A DNA stretch of 64,000 nucleotides, taken from positions 71,424,001-71,488,000 of the forward strand of contig NC_092350.1 in the NCBI RefSeq assembly GCF_963676685.1. The letters are read 5' to 3'. A program made the translations under genes and the position numbers. Below are positions 52,492-64,000 of this stretch, piece after piece. The first letter of the stretch is position 1; the number at the start of each line of letters is the position of its first letter. The notes beneath the pieces are model-generated. The model made no database searches, was not told the origin of the DNA, and saw nothing but the letters and a program-made list of their open reading frames with translations. Origin of the DNA: Mytilus edulis. Its lineage: Eukaryota.

Positions 52492-54350
52492 AACAAGAGG
52501 CTCTCAAGAGCCTGAATCGCTCACCTTAATTCTTTTGGTTAAAACTCTCATCAAGGATTATTTTGGCTTTTCAATTTATTTAAATGTTCTTTGGATCGTC
52601 CTATTTTCTTCAAAAGCCAAAAAAAATAATCATTTTCTCCTATGTTCTATTTTAGCCATAGAAGCTATGTTTCTTGACATACAAGGAAATAAAATATAAA
52701 ATTTATACTAGATACTCTGAAACTCATTTAGCCTAAGTTTGGCTGAAATTGATACAGCAGTTTCAAAGGAGATTTTTTAAAGTGAGTCAACATGATGAAA
52801 AAATTGTGAAAAAAGTCTTTAAAGGGCAATAACTCCTTAAGGGGTCAATTGACAATTTTGGTCAAATTGACTTATTTGTAGATCTTACTTTGCTGAACAT
52901 TATTGCTGTTTACAGTTTATCTCTATCTATAATAATATTCAAGATAATAAACAAAAACAGCAAAATTTCCTTAAAATTATCAATTCAGGGGCAGCAACCC
53001 AACAACAGGTTGTCTGATTCATCTGAAAATTTCAGGGCAGATAGATCTTGACCTGATAAACACTATATCCCCATGTCAGATTTGCTCTAAATGCTTTGGT
53101 TTTTGAGTTATAAGCCAAAAACTGCATTTGACCCCTATGTTCTATTTTTAGCAATGGCCACCATGTTTGTTGATAGATCAAAACTTCGGATACAATTTAC
53201 AAACAAGACACCCTAAGGAACATTCAGTTAAAGTTTGGAAGTATTTGGCCCAGTAGTTTCAGAGGATAAGATTTTTGTAAAAGATTACTAAGATTTACGA
53301 AAAATGGTTAAAAATTGACTATAATGGGCAATAACTCCTAAAGGGGTCAACTGACCATTTCCATCATGTTGACTTATTTGTAAATCTTACTTTGCTGAAC
53401 ATTATTGCTGTTTACAGTTTATCTCTATCTATAATAATATTCAAGATAATAACCAAAAACAGCAAAATTTCCTTAAAATTACCAATTCAGGGGCAGCAAC
53501 CCAACAACGGGTTGTCTGATTCATCTGAAAATTTCAGGGCAGATAGATCTTGACCTGATAAACAATATTACCCAATGTCAGATTTGCTCTAAATGCTTTG
53601 GTTTTTGAGTTATAAGCCAAAAACTGCATTTGCCCCCTATGTTCTATTTTTAGCAATGGCCACCATGTTTGTTGATAGATCAAAACTTCGGATACAATTT
53701 ACAAACTAGATACCCTAAGGAACATTCAGTTAAAGTTTGGAAGTATTTGGCCCAGTAGTTTCAGAGAAGAAGATTTTTGTAAAAGATTACTAAGATTTAC
53801 AAAAAATGGTTAAAAATTGACTATAAAGGGCAATAACTCCTAAAGGGGTCAACTGACCATTTCCGTCATGTGACTTATTTGTAAATCTTACTTTGCTGAA
53901 CATTATTGCTGTTTACAGTTTATCTCTATCTATAATATTATTCAAGATAATAACCAAAAACAGCAAAATTTCCTTAAAATTACCAATTCAGGGGCAGCAA
54001 CCCAACAACGGGTTGTCTGATTCATCTGAAAATTTCAGGGCAGATAGATCTTGACCTGATAAACAATATTACCCCATGTCAGATTTGCTCTAAATGCTTT
54101 GGTTTTTGAGTTATAAGCCAAAAACTGCATTTGACCCCTATGTTCTATTTTTAGCAATGGCGACCATGTTTGTTGATAGATCAAAACTTCGGATACAATT
54201 TATAAACTAGATACCCTAAGGAACATTCAGTTAAAGTTTGGAAGTATTTGGCCCAATAGTTTCAGAGGAGAAGATTCTTGAAATAGTTTACAATGACGAC
54301 AGACGACGACGGACGCCAAGTGATGGCATAAGCTCACCTTGCCCGAAAGG
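52492..54350 (+). mobile_element. pearl/Helentron-type element with three ~502-bp tandem units
   Basis: AACAAG start, gctcacct subterminal repeats (52519, 54332), units at about 52821, 53323 and 53825, gacgac microsatellite; 3' hairpin truncated. Confidence 0.85.
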
Positions 54351-54946
54351 ACACATTGATTGCATTCGGCCTGTTCTCCTCAAGTACAATTTGTTCCTTC
54401 CTAGAGTGAAACAAATATTCTTGTGATAGCAATTAAATAGACAAAAATCATGCAGATATTTATTTTATTTTATATAACATGAGCATAAATGATAATGAGA
54501 TATCCTTTACAAATATAAATGTCTGGATGGAATAAGAAGTTAATGAAATAAATGTACAAATGTCCTATTTACAATGTAAAAGACGATAAACTTAAACATT
54601 TTCTCCAATAAAACAATGCATGGTTATCTAATCAAAACTAAAGATGGTATATATTTACATTCAACACATGGTTACACCTTAACAAATTTGAAACTTTCCC
54701 CTTTAAAACATATATTACTTTTTCCATCAATTTTAAATAAAGAATAATTATAATTTTTGTTCATTTCTTTTTGTTCAAATAATAAATTTTCTATTATGTT
54801 GGCATTGAAATTGAATAACTATTCAATCATTTACTTAACCGTCTGCCATAAATTGAGATAGCCATGCATTGCATTTTCAGCACTATAAAATGTAAGCCAT
54901 TTGAACTTCCCAAAACTTCAACACTCCTTATGCAATATCAAAAGTA

Positions 54947-55170
54947 CTAGTACACAATGGGTGATTCAATGAAAAATCACTCTGGCTAGTGTTGAGTGAT
55001 TCACTGTCAAACAATGATTCCTGTTGATTTTAGTTGATAACTCTTTATTTCAGGAATCATTTATATTCATACTTCAGAAAGATAGTTGAAAGTGAATAAC
55101 CTATGATGCCCTTCAAAGTGAAAATTCACCAGGTAGAGTGATTTTTAAATAAATCACCTTGTGTGTACTG
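54947..55170. mobile_element. ~224-bp TA-flanked MITE (Tc1/mariner-like)
   Basis: ta|ctagtacaca..ggtgatt...aaaaatcactct mirrored by agagtgattttt...aatcacc..gtgtactg|ta. Confidence 0.6.
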
Positions 55171-55424
55171 TATTTTCTTTATCATTCTGTTGTTCATTTT
55201 ACATCTAACTATTAAAAGCAATGTCTAATTCATCAGTAATAAAATAAGTTTTACATCTCTTTTTCTATTCTTAACTAGAAAAACTTTAAAAATTAAAATA
55301 CTCTGACTTCTTGTCATCAAAATTACAAATATTTCAATTGTTTTCTTGTCAATTGGAAATTTAGAAATTTACTATAGATTATATTTTATAATATTTTTTT
55401 TGTTATCAATTATATTGTAGATAT

Positions 55425-55570
55425 ACAATATTAGGTCAATGAAAGAAAAATATAAACTTTTTTGTATGAGGCTGAGAAACTGGGGAAGAGCAAGGTTCTA
55501 CCGAGCCCTTCCCCAGTTTTGTGCCGAGTACAAAAAAGTTTATATTTCTATGACATTGACCTAATATTGT
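55425..55570. repeat. 146-bp near-perfect palindrome (hairpin MITE-like)
   Basis: acaatattaggtcaatg...aaatataaacttttttgta...aaactggggaag / cttccccagttt...tacaaaaaagtttatattt...cattgacctaatattgt. Confidence 0.85.
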
Positions 55571-55999
55571 TTTTATACTGCAACTTAAACTAATACATTG
55601 ATAGCTTTTTAAATCGTAACACAAATGTCAAACTTATTTTCATCCCTTAATGCACCTCTGATTGTTGAAAAAGTGTTCCATGATGAAATTGACATTATAC
55701 AAAATATAGCTGTGTTACTATATTTAGGAAATAAACACAACTAGTTGCAGTATAAATCTGATTACTTGTTTATAATAATATCATTTATCTAGTATATTTT
55801 TTTTCCTTTTTGTCAAGTATAATCTATTTTTTTTTTTTGGAATATTGAAATATTTTATGGTTTTTGAATTTTTAAATCCTTCACCAATATTGCCCAAATT
55901 ATACTATCCCTTAGCTATTCTAACAAAATAATAATAATGTAAAATTTATTACAATTTTTTTTTTTTGTAAATAGATATTAAACAAGAATATACAACAAA

Positions 56000-56162
56000 G
56001 GGGGATTATGGGGGGGGGGGGGGGGGGCAGGGGGCCTTGGCCCCCCCTTTTCTGGGAAAAATTTGGTTGCTTATATAGGGAATCACTGAAGCATGACCGG
56101 AGCGGCCCCCTCTTAGGCAGTCAACGGGCCCCCACTTATGAAAATTTCTGGATCCGCCACTG
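56000..56162. mobile_element. MITE fragment ending ggatccgccactg, with a long G run
   Basis: GC-rich island in AT-rich DNA; reverse-complement terminus CAGTGGCGGATCC. Confidence 0.5.
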
Positions 56163-56827
56163 TACAATCATACGGCTTTAAAAAACCAACTTGCAAACTA
56201 CAACTCTGATAGTCTTTGTCATTAATCCCTGCCCAATGTGGGCAGTGTCAAACTCCTCACTAAAAGGACATGGGGGACAGTGTTGTCTCCTCAGTGTCCA
56301 TGCCCACTGCCAATTAGTTACAATGATAAAATCTACCAGAGCTGCAGTGTATTTTTAGTGACTTACTCTTTAGTTCAAATTTTTTTTTTTTCTTCCACTA
56401 AATACAAAAAGAATGTCAAAAGAAATATAAGGAGATGGTGATTTCGAGCAAACAAGATGTCAACCCAGCAACACAATGATCATTTCATTGATTTTTTTTA
56501 CAGATTATTAGTAGTAATTTCTGTTTCAGCCCAAAAAAAATTATATAAATGGCTTTTTTTACTGTTAGAAATTAAAATACACTTTTAATTTATCAAATTA
56601 GAAAACATATAGAAAAAACATTTATAGCAAAAAGATAAAATTTATCTTTTCCAGGTGCATAAGAATAAATTTTTTGCCAAATGTAAGACATACATGAGTG
56701 ACAGCTTCAATGCTCTAGATTGAATAATTAAATATATCAATGTTCTCTGAATGCAATCTTTCAATTAACCAAACCAATTATAAATAACATTCTCTGTTTG
56801 AGTTATCTATTGAAGAAAACAAATAAA

Positions 56828-57130
56828 AACAAGAATGTGTCCTCAGTACACGAATGCCCCACTCGCACTATCATTTTCTATGTTCAGTGGACCGTGAAAT
56901 TGGGGTAAAATCTCTAATTTGGCATTAAAATTAGAAAGATCATATCATAGGGAACATGTGTACCAAGTTTGAAGTCGATTGGACTTCAACTTCATCAAAA
57001 ACTACCTCGACCAAAAACTTTAACCTGAAGCGGGACAGACGGACGAACGAACGAACGAACGAACGAAGGAACGGACGCACAGACCAGAAAACATAATGCC
57101 CCTCTACTATCGTAGGTGGGGCATAAAAAA
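56828..57130 (+). mobile_element. Complete short pearl/Helentron-type element
   Basis: AACAAG start, atgcccc subterminal motif, single core, (gaac)n microsatellite, 3' hairpin atgcccctctac-tatc-gtaggtggggcat, A tail. Confidence 0.85.
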
Positions 57131-60100
57131 AGGAAAATTTACACCAGATATTAGTAGAAAAATTCTACAAGCCATTAAACCAAAAAAGATAAATTAGTCT
57201 ATATAACACTAAAAGATGACATAATAATTATGACTGTTTTCAAAATGGAAGACAACTCCATTATTCAAATCTTTTTAACATAAAATTCACATTCCAATTA
57301 CACTAAGTATAAAAATACATATGAAAGTTTGTTCATTTTATAAAAGAATGTCCTCAAATTTTAATGGACTCATTGTTTTATCATCAGTAATTGGTGGTAT
57401 TTTAATCGCAGTGTAAACAATAGCAGAAAATCAACAAGAAAAAAACATACAACAAATTGACCAAGTTGAAAAAAATCAATTCTTTAAACACTAAAAAAGT
57501 TCGTGTATGTATGCATTGTTAGTATATTAGAAAATGCATCTTGTCTGTCGACTGAGAAGAAAAATTTTATTTGTTAAATCTTTACCTCTCTGCACTATTA
57601 TTGAAAAATATGAATCATGACAGAACAAATTAGAGGGTTGAGGTCTGAAAATTAGATCAATTCAAAGGTTAAAATACACATAGATTCATGTTCTGAAACT
57701 TTCTAATGATGTCAAAAGATTTTTTACATATTATACATTTGTCATTTTACGAAATAAGTTTGACAGACATTTGTAATTACAATAGCAGGTCGTTAAGCAA
57801 CATAAAAATAAACCTGAACCCAAAAAGCAGTGGCACTACCTACATTTTACTCCCTACTTGAGAAATCTAAAATAACTTAAAAAAAGAAAAATACCGGTAA
57901 ATAAATTAATCTCATTTTAATGGCAAGGAATTAATCATGTACTATATGCAAGGAAAAATGTGTTCTAAGGACCATTTCGACCTAAAAATGTAAATTTAAC
58001 AGAATAATGTGATCTAAAGAACTTTAACATGAACATTAATTTGTAAGTGTTAAAAATTTAAGTCCTTCAAGTAACATGAAAAAAGTTATTTATATAGACA
58101 AATCGGTGGTTTACAAATTTATGTTGTACATCTAAATAGTCTATATTTGGGGTAAAACAAAACACTTAGAATACAACGAGACGTATCTTAATAATATCAT
58201 TAAAAATGAAGGCAAAATAAGGTCCTTATCACACCCTTTTCTCTATGGGTATAAGATTTTAGTACAAAAAATTAATAAAATAAAAAACTAAACTTTCTTA
58301 ATAACATTTAACTGTCATGACTGTTCTATTGAACTATCAATTTGCTGGTTTCTGTATTGAATAATATGAATCTTGTATCAGTAGTTCTTGTGTTGCTTTC
58401 AGAGTTTTGAATGCAAGTCATGAATAAATAAAATTTACCCTACCATTTAAATCAAACCAGAATCCTGATTACCCTTTAATATAATAACAGTTTCTGTTCT
58501 TTGTAAGTTGTGTACCTTAAAAGTTCTTTATGACTGGAACATTTTTTGTTAATAATCAATCTTTAAAAATATGTTTCTAATGAATTTGGTTGAAACCATC
58601 CATATAGCTATAGAGATTCATATAAACATTTATCAATAACTTAAATCTATAAATAGCTTAATTATTGTTTAGATCATAAATAAATAAACTCATACATAGT
58701 ACATGTAGTATAGATTTCTTTCTTCTTTTAGAGACAATAAGAACATTGGGACATAAATGTGATAAACAAACGATATAACAAATGAAAAAAAATAATGAAA
58801 TATACATATAAATTATACATGTCAACACTACATGAAACTCTTCATTGACAAATAAGGGATACAAGAAGGATATGCATGAGAGATTTAAGAAATGACAAGA
58901 GATTAAAAACTGGTACAGACTGGAAACAAAATGATAGCAGAACAAAATAAAACATATTATTTTTTTATTCAAAGTTAAATAACAGCAACAAAAAATAATT
59001 TACATCAACAAATTTCTAAGAAAAAAACATAACTTCCCACATTAAAAGTAAAAAAAAAAATTAAAAGGGTAATTAACTATATGTTTGTTATAGTGTTAAG
59101 AATTTCTTACATCATTCTTTTATGAATTATTTCCCTTTGATCACGAAGAGCTATTTTCTGTTGCAGATAGGTGGTATTTTTTATTAACAATAAAATGTCT
59201 TACAAAAAATTAACCTAAATACCACACTTGTCCATTTTCTACTTAAATAACTTTAAATTTACAAATTGCATGTCAAGGAGATATAAAAAACAGAACAGTA
59301 CAATAATATTTCCCTGACTAGTCCTAATACGAGCATCACTTTTACAAATAAATTGTTCAAACCAGACAATCATGTGTGTCGCCTTTTCAATTTTGACCAA
59401 AAAATAAATTGCCACCCAAAAAAAATCTGTATTCAACTAGCCAAGTATATATATATATATACTAGGAATGTACTTACAATGCATTTAAAATCAGCATTGA
59501 AATTTTTATTAACATATCAAAGATAAAATTTTGAAGATTGTATTCTTAAACTTTTTTTCTTAAATTGTTTCCAAAAGGAATAATTTTTTCACAGATTTTT
59601 TTTTTCGTTTTTTCTTATTTTACATGATTGCGTGGTTCGATACATCATAATAATCAACATAACATTATTATTGTTATTCTTAACAATCAATTATTAACAA
59701 ACTGATAAAATCTGTTAGTGACAAATCCTTCTTGTCATGTCTTTCTGTAAAGATAAATGATGAAAAGGCTGTCAGAGGGATGTAAATGGCCATCAGAGGC
59801 ACATCTTCTCGGTCATTTCTCGCTGAGAAGTAAACAACAATAAGTGAATTTAATTTGTGATCAATTTTATGTGTTGATCCTTTGCATGCCATGCCGTTAA
59901 GCAGGAATTGATGGTGTTACCGTGTGGTCAGCAGATTTGGTAAATTGTGTGCAATAGTTTTAAGCTCCCAAATGCATTAGAAAAGCCATTTCTATAGGTC
60001 TCTAATTTCATATCAGTTAAACCATAGAGTAATGAATATGTTTTGAAAGAAATAGAGTAAGAGGTTCTACTGGTATTATGTTTGTTTGTGAATATACAAT

Positions 60101-62296
60101 GCAGTTGACCTGAATTTTGGTCATTTTCATTTGTCAATGATGGACAGCCAATTTTAAATTTTCAAATTTTTGTAAAAATAATGTTCAGAAAACTTTTTCA
60201 CAAGGAATTGAAATACAGATCATGTATCCTGCTTCGCCTACAAAGATCTATAAGCGCTCTGTTCTATTTCTGTTTTAAACCTTCCGGCATCCTCTGGTTT
60301 TGTCCTAATAATATCATGAATATACAACTTCAAAAATCTAAAGGCTGAAATTTCATTGGCTGATGAATTAATTACAAGAACAGAAAGTAGAATAAAGTGT
60401 TGGCAGAACCTTGTATGCAAAGCATGGACATGATGGACAAAGGATCTGTATTTTTATCAGATTGCTAGGAATTGTAAATTAAATTTGGTGGCTAATCCCA
60501 ATGTGGACAGTTGGAAAGTACCATCTAAACTCTATTTTACACTCAGTCAAAATACACCATTGAAAATTCACAATCTGACTAAATTTTGCTAAATTTGACC
60601 TAAAACTACAATGTAATAAATAAAATAAACATTTTGTCCTTTATAATTAGACGATGAAATTTCAATGGTGTATTTTATAACTTCTTGTAGTCAGCTTTGT
60701 ACTTGTATTACATGTTTTATTATAAATCAATAAACCAGAAAAGAGTTTTAGATCTCCAATACCAATCAATATGTGTTGAAAGTTTAGGAAGCAACGATTA
60801 TACAACAGCAGACAGTTTTTCCTAATTGCTACAGCTATTTGTGTCAAGTTCATTAGTAATAAAATAATGTCAAGAAAATTATACATTGGAGAAAAGATTG
60901 AAAAAACATGTTTTATAAAGTATAATAATGGTATATTCTAACTTAATATTACTGGTCCATTAATTTTAAACAAGGTTTAAGATAATTTTTCAACATTCAT
61001 TTCAGAGTAAATGAAAAACACTCGAATAACACTTCAAAGGTGATCAAGAGCCTTGCATCCAATAGTTGTTGATGATTGCTGTCTTGCACAAGTTTGTCTT
61101 CTGCTTACTGTAGAACATATACCAAAGTAGTGTTTTTTTCTTTGAATAGTTTCGAAATGATGTCATCCCATTGACTTTTATAGCTTATTATAATGTTTGA
61201 GTATTGCTCATTGTTGAATGCCATATGGTGACCTGTAATTTTTCAAATCTTTGTTCTTTCGTGCTTATAGTCTTATTCGATAATTGTCTCATCATTTTTT
61301 TTCTCATTGGCAATCATTCATATACATTATTTATTTCCCTTATTTTATAAAAAAAAGTGTTATTACATTTCTTTTTATTGACAACCATTTATTTTAAAAG
61401 CTTTGACATATCTTGTACAAAGCAGGATTTCCTGTTTCAATTCTTAAAAAAAATTTTAGTTTGTTTTTTTCTTTATTCATTTGACGGATTTGCCTAAAAT
61501 GATGACTACTTACTAAAGGCTCCAGCTCCTTCTTATCTACTAAGCTGTATTCCACCACAAAGTAATAGAAATGTTTATAGCACGTGTTTACATGAGCTTC
61601 CTACAAAACATGTGATATTCAATTAGTTAAAACAGTGGATTAAAATTGCATGACGTGCGGGGCTAGACTATTCCTTTAAAATTAATGTGGGAGGATAGAC
61701 ATTATTTATAATATGTCTTTTCCCTAATTTTAAATGCTTAAATCAAGAAATAATTGTGGCAGTTTTATTCTTAACATATCTATACAAATTTTCTTTCTAT
61801 TTAACTTTTAAGTTAGAATAATAAATGGGGAGTGAGTCCATGAGATACAGATGATTGAGGCAAACTTAAGTTAGAGAACAGAAACCAAATTGGGGAGGGA
61901 TGGACAGATGACAGACGGACAAGGATACAAATTAATGCTACCTCCGCTATGATGGGAGCATGAAATTATGGGTAGTTTTGGTTTCTTGACAAAAAGTTGG
62001 TAGATTATCATTTCTTCGGTTTTTTTGGTCACAAGACAGAACATACATGACAGATATATATTGCATCTTTACCACAACAGTTACACATGTTACAGTTAAT
62101 ACAAAATATTTCACCAGAAGTTAGCAACTTGTTATCTGTCTATGAATAGAGTGACAATAGTAAATGTATAATTGAAATGCAGAGATGATTTAGCTTTGAA
62201 ATATAGTTAACTGAAAGTCAATAAAATTAATGCCAAAACACATACCGGTAAATATTTTTAATTACTGTAGAACAATAATAGTTACTATGGATCTAT

Positions 62297-62556
62297 TGAT
62301 TTGATTTTTTGTGTTTTTAACGCCACTTTTAAGCACCTCTTTTGGGCTATTTCATGGCGGCTAGTTTTTATTGGTGGAGGAAGCCAGAGTGGCCGGAGAA
62401 AACCAACAACCTTCGAAAGGAAAACTGACAATCCTAGTCAATTAAGATTGGAGTTGAGTGCACCCGCACGAGCGGGGTTATAACTTACAACCTCAGTGTT
62501 GACTGGCTAATGATTCCAGTAGTAACTACTTAGACCACTAGGCCACCGAGGCCACC
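62297..62556 (-). mobile_element. Full-length tRNA-derived SINE (V-domain-like) with 10-bp TSD
   Basis: Minus-strand head GGTGGCCTCGGTGGCCTAGTGGTCTAAG, core TTTCTCCGGCCACTCTGGCTTCCTCCACC, tail AATCAAATCA; TSD atggatctat at 62287-62296 and 62557-62566. Confidence 0.85.
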
Positions 62557-62939
62557 ATGGATCTATCTCATATGAATACTGTTTTAGATGACCTTAAGAT
62601 ATCTGCTCTTCATAAAGAAGAGCATTACAAGGGAAATAATCATACTATACTTACAGCACCTAAGGCAACTAATGTATCAAAATGATGTATATACACATGT
62701 ACAAAAACTCTGTATAGTCGGGTTAGTAATTTTTTCACCACTTGTAAGTAATTCTTTGGGAATGGTACTCCTATAAAAGAAATTATATTAAAACAAATTA
62801 TTTCTCGTTATATGGAAATTTGTTGATTGCAAATCTTAGATAGTCTTTTATTTATTCACAACATTTTACAAAATGTTTAAGACTCACTAATAAAACATAG
62901 GATTTTACATGGAAAATATTTCCCTAATTATTATTTAAT

Positions 62940-64000
62940 TCTGCAACCAACTGGTATTTTGTGGTAAACAAGGGACATACTCAACAACTTTCACAGTGAA
63001 TACATTTTCATCATTTGTTAGCGGCTCCATCAGAACAGTAATTTTGTGGTGAACAAGGGACATAACTGTGCATCTTCCATAGTAAATAAATTTTCATCAT
63101 TAGTTTGAGGCTCTTTTGGAACAGCAATTTTGTGGCAAACAATGGACATAACATAACAAATTTAAGAGGGAGAATATTCATAAATATTAGACTGCATGTG
63201 CACCCTAATAATGGTATTTTTGTAGTAAACAAACTAGCTGCCAGTAACTGTCAGTGCTCTCAGATCTGTACTTAAGTGTCTTTTTGTTGTTAGGATATAC
63301 AAGTACCCGGCCACGTCCACTCTGTTTTTGTTAGATGCATTTCTTTTTGTATCCATCTGATGAGTTAAGCCTTTTTCAACTGATTTTTTATAGTTCGTTC
63401 TTATGTTGTACTTTTACAATACTGTCCAAGGAAAGAGGGAGTGTTGGGATCTAGCTAACATGTTTAACCCAGCTCCATTCTGTATGTATGTGCCAGTCCC
63501 AAATCAGGAGCCTGTAATTCAGTGGTTGTCCTTTGTTGATGTGTTACATATTTGTTTTTCGTTCATTTTTTTGTACATAAATTAGGCCGTTAGTTTTCTT
63601 GTTTGAATTGTTTTACATTTGTCATTTCAGGGCCTTTTATAGCTGACTATGCGGTATGGGCTATGCTCATTGATGAAGGCCATACGGTGACTCAAAGTTG
63701 TTAATTTCTGTGTCATTTGGTCTCTTGTGGAGAGTTGTCTCATTGGCAATCATACCACATCTTCTTTTTTTATAAACAAGGGACATACACAACAACTTTC
63801 AGAGTGAATACATTTTCATCATTTGTTTGCAGCTCCATCAGATGATCAGAACAGTAATTTTGTGGTAAATAAGGGACATAACTCTGCAAATTCCATAGTA
63901 AAATAAATTTTCATCATTTGTTAGCAGCTCCATTAGAACAGTTATCTTGTGGTAAACAAGCGACATAACTGTGCATCTTCCATATAGTGAATAAAGTTTA
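62940..64000 (+). repeat. Degenerate ~85-90-bp tandem array interrupted by a dispersed repeat
   Basis: ttgtggtaaacaagggacata-like motif near 62957, 63041, 63127, 63217|63773, 63857 and 63947. Confidence 0.8.
63233..63772 (+). mobile_element. Longest copy of the abundant dispersed repeat, with 7-bp TSD
   Basis: Flanked by taaacaa at 63226-63232 and 63773-63779; homologous to 36550-36925. Confidence 0.85.

Noticed and set aside
54360-62290. Short AT-rich ORFs (e.g. 58658..58972, 60238..60420)
   Set aside because: Low-complexity translations with no domain signature or splice-consistent structure.

Overview
Eukaryotic, very AT-rich (roughly 30% GC) genomic DNA. The repeat families suggest a bivalve, probably a Mytilus-like mussel (inference). 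The main content is a head-to-tail tandem array of five paralogous single-cysteine-cluster Toll-like receptor genes, all on the minus strand between about 4.2 and 46.0 kb, labelled here TLR-A to TLR-E by position. B, D and E are intact (about 853-857 aa: signal peptide, LRRNT, LRRs, LRRCT, TM, TIR). A and C are recent segmental duplicates that carry different, non-shared disabling lesions. The ORF track misses the likely gene structure: B, C, D and E each have an upstream exon ending ATG-T|GT(A/G)AGT, spliced in phase 1 to one large exon, and A appears to have lost that exon. Ectodomains are diverged, with a hypervariable central insertion, while TIR domains are nearly invariant. Immediately upstream of TLR-E is a transposon pile: a decayed Tc1 element, then a Penelope-like retroelement remnant with GIY-YIG placed before RT, split by nested pearl/Helentron-type elements. 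The rest holds SINEs, MITEs, a hammerhead-ribozyme relic and minisatellites. No convincing coding sequence was found in 54.4-64 kb. All coordinates and identity figures were read by eye.
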